In this document: in pieces, positions 1 to 9,983 of the stretch | Layout of the letters: each line of letters starts with the position of its first letter | How positions within the stretch are numbered: the stretch's first letter is position 1 | DNA from: a virus | Strand: one strand, 5' to 3' | DNA: 64,000 bases | IMG/VR virus record: IMGVR_UViG_3300027749_000093 | Span: 8,428-72,427 of that record | The notes under the pieces: model-generated | What the model was told of the DNA's origin: nothing | The model's database searches: none | Seen by the model: the letters and a program-made list of their open reading frames with translations, nothing else | Made by a program: the position numbers and the translations under genes

Positions 1-28
1 TAAATTATACAAACCAATCTTTACACTA

Positions 29-229
29 TTATTTAATGCCATCTTTTACTATTTCTTTTAATTGATTAAATATATTTTCTGCATTCTCTCCCCAATACAT
101 ATCGCATTTACCATCCTTAATGGGTGCATCTACAAAGTAAGATTGGTATTCATCAGCCTTAGCCGTAAAGCGGTAACACTTTTCTTTAACAGGGCAATTT
201 AATCCCTTACATTTAGTTATGTCTGTCAT
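29..229 (-). CDS. small Cys-rich hypothetical protein
   Basis: MTDITKCKGLNCPVKEKCYRF...C; probable ATG at 229. Confidence 0.6.
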   Translation of the reverse strand: MTDITKCKGLNCPVKEKCYRFTAKADEYQSYFVDAPIKDGKCDMYWGENAENIFNQLKEIVKDGIK

Positions 230-543
230 TTTTTTAAGTTTATTTCGGATTATTTCCAAGTTGATTAGGTTTATATATCAGATTTATGTCTGAATTAGTA
301 TCTTATCTTGTTTAAATACCTAAAGTTTATTTGATTTAAACAAAAAACACTTTTTAAAATTAGTGTCAAATGTTTAGTTTTTTATTAGTATCAAAACTTG
401 ATATTTATTAATGTTTTGATACTAATATTTTTTTCGTTTAATTAATTGCAATTAACTACGTTTTAAGTAGTAGATAGTAAATAAGTTTAATTCATAAATT
501 TGTTATTTTTAACAATTAAAAGAAACAGGGGTAAATTTGTCCC

Positions 544-786
544 CTAGTTGATTAGTTTATCTATATTAACATCATGTTCCTCTAATAACTCTCCAATCCT
601 TTTATAAACCATATCTAATGCATCATATCTATTAATGCTATCAGATTCCATTGCCCATTCCAATGTTTTCTTACTATTATGCACTAACTCCCATAACACT
701 AAAGCCATATCAGTTGCCTTTATGCATCTTGTATGTGCCATTGAATCCTCTGCATCATCCAAATTAAAATGTAATTCTGCTTTCAT
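544..786 (-). CDS. hypothetical phage protein
   Basis: ORF in tightly packed leftward operon; probable start MKAELHFNL. Confidence 0.6.
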   Translation of the reverse strand: MKAELHFNLDDAEDSMAHTRCIKATDMALVLWELVHNSKKTLEWAMESDSINRYDALDMVYKRIGELLEEHDVNIDKLIN

Positions 787-788
787 AA

Positions 789-1007
789 TTATTCTGTCCA
801 TTTATGGAGTGGACAACCATTTTCTATTTTAGCAAATACTTTTATTTTGGTTGTGCAACCACATTGTTTACAATAATCCCTAATAGTTCCATTTACCCAT
901 TGGTCGCAACTAAAACATATCTCTAACCTTTTTTCAGCTATTTCTTTTTGTTCTTCAGTTGGATTTATATAAGCTGCATATGATTCTATAATGTTTTTTA
1001 TATTCAT
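789..1007 (-). CDS. small Zn-binding protein (DUF6171-like)
   Basis: RLEICxxC...CxxCGC...CPLHKW pattern. Confidence 0.6.
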   Translation of the reverse strand: MNIKNIIESYAAYINPTEEQKEIAEKRLEICFSCDQWVNGTIRDYCKQCGCTTKIKVFAKIENGCPLHKWTE

Positions 1008-1354
1008 AGTATTTCTTTTATAGGTATAAGCACTCCTAATGAAGTATTATTATCACCACCTTTTGTAAATTTTCCTTTGTAAAACAATTTAACTAATTCT
1101 TTTAGTCTTTTAGTTGAAACAATTATTGCAGTATCATTATTGCTTAAACGATAAATCCAATAATCTGATATAGTTGTTGAAATTCCTGATGGGTTTTCTT
1201 TGTGATAAACTTCTATGTATATATTTCCTGTTTTATTAGCAATTCTATCACTTTTTACTTCAACTTTATATCCACCATCAAATAATTCTTTAACCCACTT
1301 TTCAGATATTTCACCAAACTCTAAATCGTAATAAAATGAACTGCTGTACTTCAT
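1004..1354 (-). CDS. PD-(D/E)XK nuclease-like protein
   Basis: KVEVKSD...TGNIYIEV...SGISTTISDYWIY. Confidence 0.6.
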   Translation of the reverse strand: MKYSSSFYYDLEFGEISEKWVKELFDGGYKVEVKSDRIANKTGNIYIEVYHKENPSGISTTISDYWIYRLSNNDTAIIVSTKRLKELVKLFYKGKFTKGGDNNTSLGVLIPIKEIL

Positions 1355-1650
1355 TATATAGACTTTATTGCTTTAGAATCTCTTATCTCTATTTTGTCTT
1401 TATTAAGATGCAGTAAAAGAATTAATAGTTGTTCTGCTTCTGAATAGTCTAAAACAAATTTAGTTTCACCTATCTTAAATTTAATATCGTTTTCACGTTC
1501 TTTAGCTTCAGCACATAGTTCACCTCGAAGCCCTTCTATCCAATCTCTATTACATGAATAATATAGAAAATGCTTGTCTTCTAATTCAAACAAATTATAG
1601 TCATGCTGTAATTCATCATCAAAACCATGTTGTGTCATTACTTGTATCAT
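1354..1650 (-). CDS. hypothetical protein
   Basis: 98-aa ORF translationally coupled to the next gene. Confidence 0.55.
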   Translation of the reverse strand: MIQVMTQHGFDDELQHDYNLFELEDKHFLYYSCNRDWIEGLRGELCAEAKERENDIKFKIGETKFVLDYSEAEQLLILLLHLNKDKIEIRDSKAIKSI

Positions 1651-1655
1651 AGTGG

Positions 1656-2144
1656 TTATTTTATTTTTGATTCAATAAAGTCAATTATTTCAGTATAGTT
1701 TAAGTTTTTCAATGAAATTTCTTTTTCTACAGTACGAACACTATGTATAATAGTAGTATGGTCTTGATTGTTTAAAAAATTACCAATAGTTGCTAAACTC
1801 ATTCCAATATGTTTCCTGCATAAATAACTAAAGCATTGTCTGTAAATAACAAATGGTTCTTTTCTAGTTTTATTATTAAATCCTTCAAAATAATCTTTAA
1901 ATAAACTATGTATTTGTTCAAATTTAGAAGCATCAAAAACTTTACTTTTAGCCCTTTCGGGATATAATAAATTAAACTGAGTTGTTAATATATCAACCGA
2001 TATCATCATTTTATTTAATAATTGGTTAAACTCACTCATTTTTAATTCTAAAATTCCTCTTGAAGTAAGCGCATAACAATCTTTTATATGTTTTTCGCAA
2101 TTTTTTAGGTTTAAGTAGCTTTGTCGATTGGTTGTTTTCATCAT
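1656..2144 (-). CDS. protein with DnaA C-terminal-like HTH DNA-binding domain
   Basis: MSLATIGNFLNNQDHTTIIHSVRTVE resembles DnaA domain IV (SLxxIGxxFxxRDHTTVxH). Confidence 0.7.
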   Translation of the reverse strand: MMKTTNRQSYLNLKNCEKHIKDCYALTSRGILELKMSEFNQLLNKMMISVDILTTQFNLLYPERAKSKVFDASKFEQIHSLFKDYFEGFNNKTRKEPFVIYRQCFSYLCRKHIGMSLATIGNFLNNQDHTTIIHSVRTVEKEISLKNLNYTEIIDFIESKIK

Positions 2145-2689
2145 TTTAGTTTCGTTTTTACAAGATTTAATTTATGTCTATATTCAAAAAGCATTTGTTT
2201 GATTTCATCCCTAGTAGGCTTATATACTTGCCTTGATTGTTCAGCTAACCAATCTGTGATGCCATTGTTTTCTTTTTCTAATCGTATTGTGTATTCTTCA
2301 ATATTACCGTCTTTATACTCATTGCAGGTTTTACATTGAGGTCTGCAATTCTGTTGTAAAAACCTAGTACCTAAATTTGCCCTAGGTATAAAATGTCCGC
2401 ATTGCAAGGTTGTATAATGTTCCTTTTTACCACAAGTAAAGCATTCAGAATTACCATCATTATCGCTGTATTTAATCCTTATGTACCTACTAAATACTGC
2501 ATCTAAATCATTTATTAAATTCTGTAGTGATTCATCTGATTCATTACCCTGTTCAAGTTCATATTTTTCAACCCTTTTACTTGTACTAGATACTGTAGCA
2601 CATTGCTTGCACATCTTTTTTGAAAAATGGTAGTCAATCTTACCACAATTTAAGCATCTTTTTTTCTTATTTATTATAGTAGAATTCAT
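2141..2689 (-). CDS. ninG: NinG/Rap-like recombination endonuclease
   Basis: LDAVFSRYIR...CFTCG...QCGHFIPR...TRF...NCRPQCKTCN. Confidence 0.75.
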   Translation of the reverse strand: MNSTIINKKKRCLNCGKIDYHFSKKMCKQCATVSSTSKRVEKYELEQGNESDESLQNLINDLDAVFSRYIRIKYSDNDGNSECFTCGKKEHYTTLQCGHFIPRANLGTRFLQQNCRPQCKTCNEYKDGNIEEYTIRLEKENNGITDWLAEQSRQVYKPTRDEIKQMLFEYRHKLNLVKTKLK

Positions 2690-2961
2690 TATAAAATACT
2701 TAATTCATCAATAATAGCATCCCTTTGTGCGCCACTTAAAAATGGTAAAATATCAATACTTTGACCAAATACAATAACTTCAACACTTGTTAAATTAACT
2801 TCAATTAATTCATTCTCATCTATCTCATGTATGCCATGAAATTCAATCTTTTGTGGTGGATAAATAGCATAAGTTCCATCATATCCAATTACAAAATCAA
2901 TAGACGGGGTAATACTAATAATTTCAGTTTCATGTTTAATTTCTTTCCTAAATGCACTCAT
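2689..2961 (-). CDS. hypothetical protein
   Basis: 90-aa ORF coupled to the ninG-like gene. Confidence 0.55.
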   Translation of the reverse strand: MSAFRKEIKHETEIISITPSIDFVIGYDGTYAIYPPQKIEFHGIHEIDENELIEVNLTSVEVIVFGQSIDILPFLSGAQRDAIIDELSIL

Positions 2962-3098
2962 TTTATTTTATTTTTATTGGTTTGTTTAATTGGTAATCCC
3001 ACATCCAATGAGTAATAATTCCATTACTATTAACCTCCATATATCCAAGTAACTTTAGCAATAAATATATGTTATCTCTGTTCTCATTCATTGTTACA

Positions 3099-3131
3099 CA
3101 AAGATAAGATAAAACATTCTTAATCCACAAC
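3099..3131 (-). promoter_or_regulatory. Bacteroidota sigma-A-type promoter (leftward)
   Basis: minus-strand TATCTTTG (-7 element) at 3106-3099; degenerate -33 element GTTG. Confidence 0.55.
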
Positions 3132-3152
3132 TTTTTTTAATAAATAAATAAA

Positions 3153-3184
3153 TTTGTTTATTAATTTATTTGTATTTATGTTTG
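3153..3184 (+). promoter_or_regulatory. Bacteroidota sigma-A-type promoter (rightward)
   Basis: TTTG (3153-3156) N20 TATGTTTG (3177-3184). Confidence 0.7.
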
Positions 3185-3204
3185 CGACACACAAAAATTA
3201 AAAA

Positions 3205-3393
3205 ATGAAAAAAGAAAAAAACCTTCCTGAAGAAATTAAAACTGCATTAGATGGTAGAACACAAAGATGGTTATCATTAAATGCCAAGATTCCTGAATCT
3301 GAATTATCTAGAAAAATGAAAGGTAAGAATAATTTTATAGATTCTGAATTACAAAGAATAAATGAATTATTGAAAACAAATTTTACTAATTAG
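3205..3393 (+). CDS. XRE/Cro-like HTH regulator
   Basis: RTQRWLSLNAKIPESELSRKMKG HTH; first gene after divergent promoters. Confidence 0.65.
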   Translation: MKKEKNLPEEIKTALDGRTQRWLSLNAKIPESELSRKMKGKNNFIDSELQRINELLKTNFTN

Positions 3394-3407
3394 TTAATTA
3401 ATATCAA

Positions 3408-3794
3408 ATGAGTATAACATCAAAAGATAAAGTTGCATTAAAAATCAAACTTTATAATAAAACAAATGGATGTTGTGCATATTGTGGATGCGAATTACAT
3501 AACGGAAATTTTCAAATAGACCATATTATTCCAAAAAGACGTGGCAGTAATAGTCAATACCATAGTAATTATAACAAAGAAAAAGGTAGTGATAATGAAA
3601 ATAATTTAATTGCTTGTTGCGGTTCTTGTAATTCTTCTAAATCAGATTTAGACTTAGAAGATTTTAGAGAAAGAGTTTTAGATAGAATTAAAAGACTTAA
3701 TGATTATTCAACGGAATATAATATTGCTAAGAGATTTGGATTAATTAAAGAATTAGATATTCCTATTATATTTTATTTTGAAAAATTAACTTAA
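3408..3794 (+). CDS. HNH endonuclease
   Basis: CAYCG...QIDHIIPK...NLIACCGSCNSSK. Confidence 0.85.
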   Translation: MSITSKDKVALKIKLYNKTNGCCAYCGCELHNGNFQIDHIIPKRRGSNSQYHSNYNKEKGSDNENNLIACCGSCNSSKSDLDLEDFRERVLDRIKRLNDYSTEYNIAKRFGLIKELDIPIIFYFEKLT

Positions 3795-3798
3795 AATA

Positions 3799-4350
3799 AT
3801 GGCTAAAGATAGTTTTTGGTTTCGGCATGATTATAATGCTAGAAACGATGAAAAAATATTAGAATTAATGTCAGAATATGGTGCTGAATCATACGGTATT
3901 TATTGGATGATTATAGAAACTATGGCTGAAAATGAGAATGGATGTATTAAAGCATCATTACTAGGGGGGCTTTCGCATGGCTTTAGGGTGGCTAAAACTA
4001 GATTAATTGAAATAATTCAATGTTGTATTAGGGTTGAATTATTACACGAAAAAGATGGTAACTACTTTAGTAACAGGCTTTTAAAGCATAAAGAAGAACG
4101 TAAGTTTTTCTCTGATAAAGGTAAAGAAGGTGCTGCTATTAAAAAAGAAAAAAATAGGGGGGCTTCAGGGGGCTTTAACAGAGGAAAGGATATAACAGGA
4201 TATAACAATATAAAAAAGGGAATTAATTTTGAAAATGATAGGGTTTATTTTGAAGATGGAAGTTTTCAAGAACTAGGAAAAGACCAAAAGGCATTATTTG
4301 AAGATGGTAGAATCAAACCAAGCGATATTACTAAAGGACTTATAAATTAA
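3799..4350 (+). CDS. phage replication initiator-like protein (Lin1244/DUF4373-like N-terminus)
   Basis: WFRHDYNARNDEKI...YGIYWMIIE; directly upstream of primase-helicase; internal G-rich repeats. Confidence 0.65.
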   Translation: MAKDSFWFRHDYNARNDEKILELMSEYGAESYGIYWMIIETMAENENGCIKASLLGGLSHGFRVAKTRLIEIIQCCIRVELLHEKDGNYFSNRLLKHKEERKFFSDKGKEGAAIKKEKNRGASGGFNRGKDITGYNNIKKGINFENDRVYFEDGSFQELGKDQKALFEDGRIKPSDITKGLIN

Positions 4351-4359
4351 AATTAAAAT

Positions 4360-6240
4360 ATGTACTACGACCAATTAAGTGATTTAGGAATTAAATTAAG
4401 GAGAAGAAGTGGACAAGAGAAAACTACTTGCCCACAATGTTCTGAAAGTAGAAGAAATAAAAAAGATACTTCATTGTCGGTAAATATTACAGAAGGAACT
4501 TATAATTGCCATCACTGTAGTTGGAAGGGTAGTGTCAAGCAATTTCAGCAAAAAGAAATGAAGAAGAAGTTTGAGAAGCCTGACCAATCAATGCTAAAAA
4601 GCATAAGTCTAAACGAAAAAGTTGTAGCATATTCAAAAGCAAGAGGAATATCTGAAGAGACTTTAAAACGATTTATGATTCATGCAAAAGAAGAATGGAT
4701 GCCACAGACTCAGAAGAAAGAAAGATGTATTGTATTTCCATATATTCGTAGTGGTGAATTAATTAATGCAAAGTTTAGGGATGGCGCAAAAAATTTCAGA
4801 TTATGTAAAGATGCTGAAATGACTTTTTTTGGTATGCAAACATTAGATGGAAAACATTGTGCAATAATTACGGAAGGAGAATGGGATGCCTTAGCAGCTT
4901 ATGAAGCAGGATTTGGTAAGAATTATGAAACAGTAGCAGACAAAGATGGAGTTGTGGTTGAACATGATTTGGGTAGATGGGCAGTATTATCAGTTCCAAA
5001 TGGCGCAAGTATGGGAAGTCAGAAGTTAGAATACCTTGATAATTGTTCTGATTGGTTAAGTTCTATTGATGAATTTGTAATAGCAACAGATGGTGATGAA
5101 GCAGGTATTTCTTTAAGGGATGAATTGGTAAGAAGATTAGGAGTTGAGAAGTGCAGGATACTACATTATCCTTCAGATGCCGTTATTTCGAACATAGATG
5201 GCTCAAAACGGGCTTGTAAGGATTTAAATGAGGTTTTACTTGTCTTTGGAAAAGATGCCCTTATTTCGCTTGTAAATGAGTCTGATGCGCTACCTGTAGA
5301 TGGGATTACATATTTAGGCGATATATTTCCTACTATGTTAGAGAATTTTAGAAATGGTGTTAAATTATCTCCAACAACAAGATTTGGTGATTTTGATGAA
5401 TATTTTAGATGGAAGAAAGGTGACATTAACGTAGTTATTGGATATGGAAATCATGGTAAAACTACATTTTGGTTACAAATGATGCTTACCAAAAGTATTT
5501 ATGATGGTTGGAAATGGGCTATTTTTAGTCCTGAAAATTATCCTGCAAATGATTTTTATGATGATTTGGTTGAAATGTATGCAGGAAAATGGTTAGATAA
5601 AATGGATGAAAAAGAATATGTAGAAGCCTGTGGATTTGTTAATGACCATATTTTTTATGTGTATCCTGAAAACGAACATGATATTGAATCTATACATGAA
5701 AAATTTAGATATTTAATATTAAAAAAGGGTTGCGATGGAGTAATGATTGACCCATTTAATCAATTGGATAAAACACAAAAACCTTACGAAAGGGATGACC
5801 AATATATTGGAAATGTGCTGAAGGATATAAAAAGATTTGCGTTACTTAATGCTGTTTCGTACAATATTGTTATGCACCCTAAAAATCCAAATTATAATAA
5901 TGATAAATCATTACCTGTCGTAGATATGTACGATATTGCAGGTGGTGCTATGACAGGCAATAAATCTGACCAAATAATTTCATATTACCGACCTAATTTT
6001 CATTTAGATAAAAACGACCCTAATGTTCAGGTTTATATTCAAAAATTAAAAAGAAGAAGAACAGGTGGTAAATTAGGGCAGTTTGATATCAAGTTAAATT
6101 GGAGTACAAAAAGGTATTCAGATATGTTTGACCATACTTATTGCGACCCTGAAAGAGCAAAAAGAATATTATTTCAAGAAAATAATGGCATATTGCAAAA
6201 TCCACAACAGCAAGAATTAACCGATGAAACACCATTCTAA
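4360..6240 (+). CDS. primase-helicase, T7 gp4/Twinkle type
   Basis: Zn finger CPQC...CHHC; TOPRIM EGEWD and DGDEAG; KDLNE; Walker A GYGNHGKT; IDPFN. Confidence 0.9.
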   Translation: MYYDQLSDLGIKLRRRSGQEKTTCPQCSESRRNKKDTSLSVNITEGTYNCHHCSWKGSVKQFQQKEMKKKFEKPDQSMLKSISLNEKVVAYSKARGISEETLKRFMIHAKEEWMPQTQKKERCIVFPYIRSGELINAKFRDGAKNFRLCKDAEMTFFGMQTLDGKHCAIITEGEWDALAAYEAGFGKNYETVADKDGVVVEHDLGRWAVLSVPNGASMGSQKLEYLDNCSDWLSSIDEFVIATDGDEAGISLRDELVRRLGVEKCRILHYPSDAVISNIDGSKRACKDLNEVLLVFGKDALISLVNESDALPVDGITYLGDIFPTMLENFRNGVKLSPTTRFGDFDEYFRWKKGDINVVIGYGNHGKTTFWLQMMLTKSIYDGWKWAIFSPENYPANDFYDDLVEMYAGKWLDKMDEKEYVEACGFVNDHIFYVYPENEHDIESIHEKFRYLILKKGCDGVMIDPFNQLDKTQKPYERDDQYIGNVLKDIKRFALLNAVSYNIVMHPKNPNYNNDKSLPVVDMYDIAGGAMTGNKSDQIISYYRPNFHLDKNDPNVQVYIQKLKRRRTGGKLGQFDIKLNWSTKRYSDMFDHTYCDPERAKRILFQENNGILQNPQQQELTDETPF

Positions 6241-6416
6241 TGACATCACTAGAAAAGTTTATGCTACACATGAAGCAATTTGATTATCATTTGAGTAAAG
6301 ACTTAATTGAACTTTACCAAAAATTGGTAAAAGAAGAATTAGAGATGCAAAAAGAATTGATACAATTAAAAATAGAAAACGAAAGACTTAGTACTTTAAA
6401 TTTAAATAACAAATAA
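6240..6416 (+). CDS. 58-aa coiled-coil hypothetical protein (below ORF track cutoff)
   Basis: MTSLEKFMLHMKQFDY...; ATG overlaps the helicase stop codon. Confidence 0.5.
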   Translation: MTSLEKFMLHMKQFDYHLSKDLIELYQKLVKEELEMQKELIQLKIENERLSTLNLNNK

Positions 6417-6428
6417 AAACAAAACAAA

Positions 6429-6809
6429 ATGAGTTTCTTAAAACTACAATTAATCGGAAATCTAGGAAATGATGCTATCGTTAACGATGTTAATGGCAAA
6501 AAAGTAATTAATGCTAACGTAGCTGTTTCAGAAAAATGGAAAGATGCCCAAAACAATCCAAAAGAAAAAACAACATGGGTATCTATTAGTTATTGGACTG
6601 ATAAAACAGGTTTGATTCCTTACCTTACAAAGGGTTGTTTAGTGTATATTGAAGGAAAGCCTGAAAGTAAAATATACACTAACAAAGAAGGAGTTGCAAT
6701 ACCACAGTTACACCTTACAGTAGCTTCTTTGCAGCTTTTATCAAGCAATAAAACTCAGCAAGTAGAAAAAAATATTTCTGATGATGATAATCTTGGATTG
6801 CCTTTTTAG
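6429..6809 (+). CDS. ssb: single-stranded DNA-binding protein
   Basis: LIGNLGND...KGCLVYIEGK; acidic tail ending DDDNLGLPF. Confidence 0.9.
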   Translation: MSFLKLQLIGNLGNDAIVNDVNGKKVINANVAVSEKWKDAQNNPKEKTTWVSISYWTDKTGLIPYLTKGCLVYIEGKPESKIYTNKEGVAIPQLHLTVASLQLLSSNKTQQVEKNISDDDNLGLPF

Positions 6810-6829
6810 GATAAACAAAAAATGTTTTT

Positions 6830-7771
6830 ATGGAATTAAATAAAATATATCAAGAACCTTGCTTAGATACACTTAAACGTATGCCTAATAATTATTTAGA
6901 TTGCGTTATTACATCACCACCTTATTGGCAATTAAGAGATTATGGCTACGATGGACAATGGGGATTAGAACCAACATTTCAAGAATATCTTGAACACCTT
7001 TGGGAAATGATGGATGAAATTTGGCGAGTGTTGAAAAACGATGGTACGGTTTGGATTAACTTGGGAGATACTTATGGTGGTGGTATTAGTGGACAAGGGG
7101 GGAATACAAGTAAACATACAGAAGAAAAAGCAAGTATAAAAGGAACAAAATTTGAAAGTGGAATTAAAAAACCTTTAAATAAGTGTCTTTTGCTTATACC
7201 ACACCGTTTTGCTATTGGTTGTATAGATAGAGGTTGGATAATAAGAAACGATATAATTTGGGCAAAACGTAATGGGATGCCCGAAAGTACAAAAGATAGA
7301 TTTAGCAAGAAACACGAGTATTTCTTTTTAATAGTTAAATCTGAAAAGTATTTTTTTGATTTAGATGCTATAAGAGATAAACATAATGCTGCTTCTTTAG
7401 AAAGATATAAATATGAATTTAGTGGCAATAAATTAGATGCAGATAGAGATAAAATTGGTACTCCTAGTGGTATTTTTGAAAATAAAAAAGGCAAAAATCC
7501 TGGTTCTGTATCTGATTTTTGGGATATACCAACAAAACCATCTTCAAATGAACATTATGCTGCATACAATGATAAATTATTAGAGAAACCAATATTAGCA
7601 GGTTGTCCTATTGGTGGCATAGTTTACGACCCATTTATGGGAACAGGTAGTACTGCAGAAATTTCTTTACGAACTAATAGAAATTATATTGGAAGCGAAA
7701 TGAGTATTGAATATTGTAAAATAGCAGAACAAAGACTAAATCCATACAAACAACAAATTTCATTATTTTAA
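6830..7771 (+). CDS. orphan DNA methyltransferase (beta class, probably N4-cytosine)
   Basis: TSPPYW motif IV precedes DPFMGTGST motif I. Confidence 0.9.
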   Translation: MELNKIYQEPCLDTLKRMPNNYLDCVITSPPYWQLRDYGYDGQWGLEPTFQEYLEHLWEMMDEIWRVLKNDGTVWINLGDTYGGGISGQGGNTSKHTEEKASIKGTKFESGIKKPLNKCLLLIPHRFAIGCIDRGWIIRNDIIWAKRNGMPESTKDRFSKKHEYFFLIVKSEKYFFDLDAIRDKHNAASLERYKYEFSGNKLDADRDKIGTPSGIFENKKGKNPGSVSDFWDIPTKPSSNEHYAAYNDKLLEKPILAGCPIGGIVYDPFMGTGSTAEISLRTNRNYIGSEMSIEYCKIAEQRLNPYKQQISLF

Positions 7772-7772
7772 T

Positions 7773-7994
7773 ATGATACACGAATTTAAAACCCCATTAG
7801 CAGTTCATACACCACATGGTGAAGGAGAAGCTTATTTATTAGTTGACTATGGGTTAAATACAAATAGTGTTTGGATAGTCCGTATAAAAGGTGGAAGAAT
7901 TAACCATTATTATTCTGATGATATTAGAATTTATGATAACCCTATGAATGGAAAAGGATGGGATACTGAAATACCTGAAAATTGGAAAAAATAA
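7773..7994 (+). CDS. hypothetical protein
   Basis: 73-aa ORF in operon. Confidence 0.6.
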   Translation: MIHEFKTPLAVHTPHGEGEAYLLVDYGLNTNSVWIVRIKGGRINHYYSDDIRIYDNPMNGKGWDTEIPENWKK

Positions 7995-8039
7995 GAATAT
8001 AATAAAAAATCATATCTTTATCACCCAAAAACACACAAT

Positions 8040-8303
8040 ATGAGTTCGTTTAAACCTTTAGGACAAAGAATTTTAGTTGAAGAATTGCCATTAGAAAAGC
8101 AAACTGAAAGCGGATTAATTATCCCTGATACAGTTGCTAAAATATATGCAAAAGGAATTGTAAGGTACAAAAGTGATGAAGTTACTAAGGTAGAAGTAGG
8201 AGATAAAATTTTATTCCCTGCTAACATTGGTAACATTATTACTCAAGATGGAGTAGATATGAAGTTGATGCTTGTAGAGATGGTTGATGGAATTATTTCT
8301 TAG
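8040..8303 (+). CDS. groES: GroES/Cpn10 co-chaperonin
   Basis: FKPLGQRILVE...TESGLIIPD...VEVGDKILF. Confidence 0.85.
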   Translation: MSSFKPLGQRILVEELPLEKQTESGLIIPDTVAKIYAKGIVRYKSDEVTKVEVGDKILFPANIGNIITQDGVDMKLMLVEMVDGIIS

Positions 8304-8344
8304 TTTAAGATAATTTTCTTAATATTGGGTATAAATTTTTAGTT

Positions 8345-8545
8345 ATGGCAATGGAAACTTTACCTCCGCAACAAGGAAAACCTTCAATAAAATTTCATAA
8401 AGGTGGCTTACATGAGTCACTTGGAGTTGCCGCAGACAAAAAAATACCTAAAGAAAAAATTCAAGCAGCATTAGCAGGTTCATATGGCGATAAAGCCCAA
8501 AAACAAGCACAATTTGCAAAAAATGTATTAGTTGGAAGTAAGTAA
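8345..8545 (+). CDS. small basic phage protein
   Basis: KGGLHESLGV...KKIP motif typical of small conserved phage proteins. Confidence 0.6.
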   Translation: MAMETLPPQQGKPSIKFHKGGLHESLGVAADKKIPKEKIQAALAGSYGDKAQKQAQFAKNVLVGSK

Positions 8546-8576
8546 TTTCCCCCCGTAACAAGTTACTTACTAAATT

Positions 8577-8600
8577 GCAGCCCTAACAGGCTGCTTTTTT
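8577..8600 (+). terminator. intrinsic terminator
   Basis: GCAGCC-CTAACA-GGCTGC followed by T6. Confidence 0.75.
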
Positions 8601-8643
8601 ATTTTGTTAATTGTCCGAAATATTTAATAAATTCGTGGTTAAT

Positions 8644-9474
8644 ATGACTAATACCAATATAAAAGCAGTAAATAGTGTTCTTTTAAAACTAAAAGAACCT
8701 GTTAAAACTGTGATTGAAACCGAAAGCGGATTTAAACTAGAACTTGCAGGAAACTTTAACATCGAATGGAATGTAACCGTACAAGGTGTTATAGAGTCAT
8801 TACCAAAAAATAGCCCATACTTGGGTGAAATAAAAAAAGGAGACGAGGTTTGTTTTTCTTATTTTATTGTAAATGACAGAAGTTTTGATACTGATGTAGA
8901 TATGTTTAATCCATCAATTGAAAGCAATTATATGCAGCAGTTTATTGATGGCAGGGGTGCTAGGATTAATATTATAGCAGTACCGGGAATTATAACCAAA
9001 AAATGGGTTTGTTCTTACATCGATGAAAATGGAAACTTTGTTCATGGCTTTGAGGGAACAGAATCAGAAATGGAAAGATGGAAGTCTCAGTATAAATTTG
9101 GTAGTGTACAAAGATTTAAGTTTGAAAATTTAATAGATTATAATTCTGAACACTATTGGAGATGTGACAACCAATTTTTATTTGCTAAGATAGTGGATGG
9201 TAAACTTGTTTCACTTGGAGACAGAGTAATTTTAACTCCCATAGACATAGATGTTCCTAAAGAAACATTGACTGCAATGGGTATTAAAATACCTGATACT
9301 TCAGTTCAGGCAAGGCTTTCAGATAGGGCTATGGTTTATTCAGGTGGCGAAAGAATGGGGATTAAGCAAGGAGATACGGTAGGGTTTGACCCAAGATTTG
9401 TAGAAAAATATGAATTCAATAATAAACAATACTTTTTACTTAGAGAAGATAGAGTTCTAGGTACTTGGAATTAA
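8644..9474 (+). CDS. extended protein with two GroES-like domains
   Basis: N-terminal ...ETESGFKL...GVIESLP...IKKGDEVCF; C-terminal LGDRVILTP...IKQGDTVGF...YFLLREDRVLG. Confidence 0.6.
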   Translation: MTNTNIKAVNSVLLKLKEPVKTVIETESGFKLELAGNFNIEWNVTVQGVIESLPKNSPYLGEIKKGDEVCFSYFIVNDRSFDTDVDMFNPSIESNYMQQFIDGRGARINIIAVPGIITKKWVCSYIDENGNFVHGFEGTESEMERWKSQYKFGSVQRFKFENLIDYNSEHYWRCDNQFLFAKIVDGKLVSLGDRVILTPIDIDVPKETLTAMGIKIPDTSVQARLSDRAMVYSGGERMGIKQGDTVGFDPRFVEKYEFNNKQYFLLREDRVLGTWN

Positions 9475-9485
9475 AAATTAATATT

Positions 9486-9980
9486 ATGGCAGTAAAATTA
9501 TTATTAAATGCAAACATGAAAAAGTGGTTGCAAAAATCAATAGAAAGCGAATTATACGCATCAAATTTGTATAAGCATTTAGCTAATCAACTTCAAAGAT
9601 TAGGACTATTTGGTACTCAAGCATTTTTCTTAAATGAAAGTGCTGATGAATTAAAGCATTATCAAATTATTGTTGAATTTATCAATGATATGGGGGATGT
9701 AGCAAGTATGCCAAAGGTTGATGCTTGTGCAGATAAGGTTACTTGTATTGGTGATGCATTAGATATTGCCTATGAAACCGAATATGATTTGTTAGAACAC
9801 TACAAAGAGTTTTATGACATGGCAGAAGAAGATGATTGTATTGTTGGGCAATTCTTATTGCAATTTATTGAAATTCAAAGAAAATCAGTTGGTGATTATG
9901 GTGATTTGTTATCTAAATATGAAATAGCTAAAGAAAACAAAGAAATACTATTTTTCGACAAACAAATAGGTAAAATCTAA
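9486..9980 (+). CDS. ferritin-like protein
   Basis: ELYASNLY...FFLNESADELKH...YETE...FIEIQ ferroxidase-type pattern. Confidence 0.8.
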   Translation: MAVKLLLNANMKKWLQKSIESELYASNLYKHLANQLQRLGLFGTQAFFLNESADELKHYQIIVEFINDMGDVASMPKVDACADKVTCIGDALDIAYETEYDLLEHYKEFYDMAEEDDCIVGQFLLQFIEIQRKSVGDYGDLLSKYEIAKENKEILFFDKQIGKI

Positions 9981-9983
9981 GAT

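Noticed and set aside
260-540. AT-rich gap with short imperfect repeats
   Set aside because: Low complexity with no consistent repeat unit, ORF or stable structure that I can support
6830-7771. Restriction-modification system
   Set aside because: No adjacent cognate endonuclease; orphan methyltransferases are common anti-restriction genes in phages
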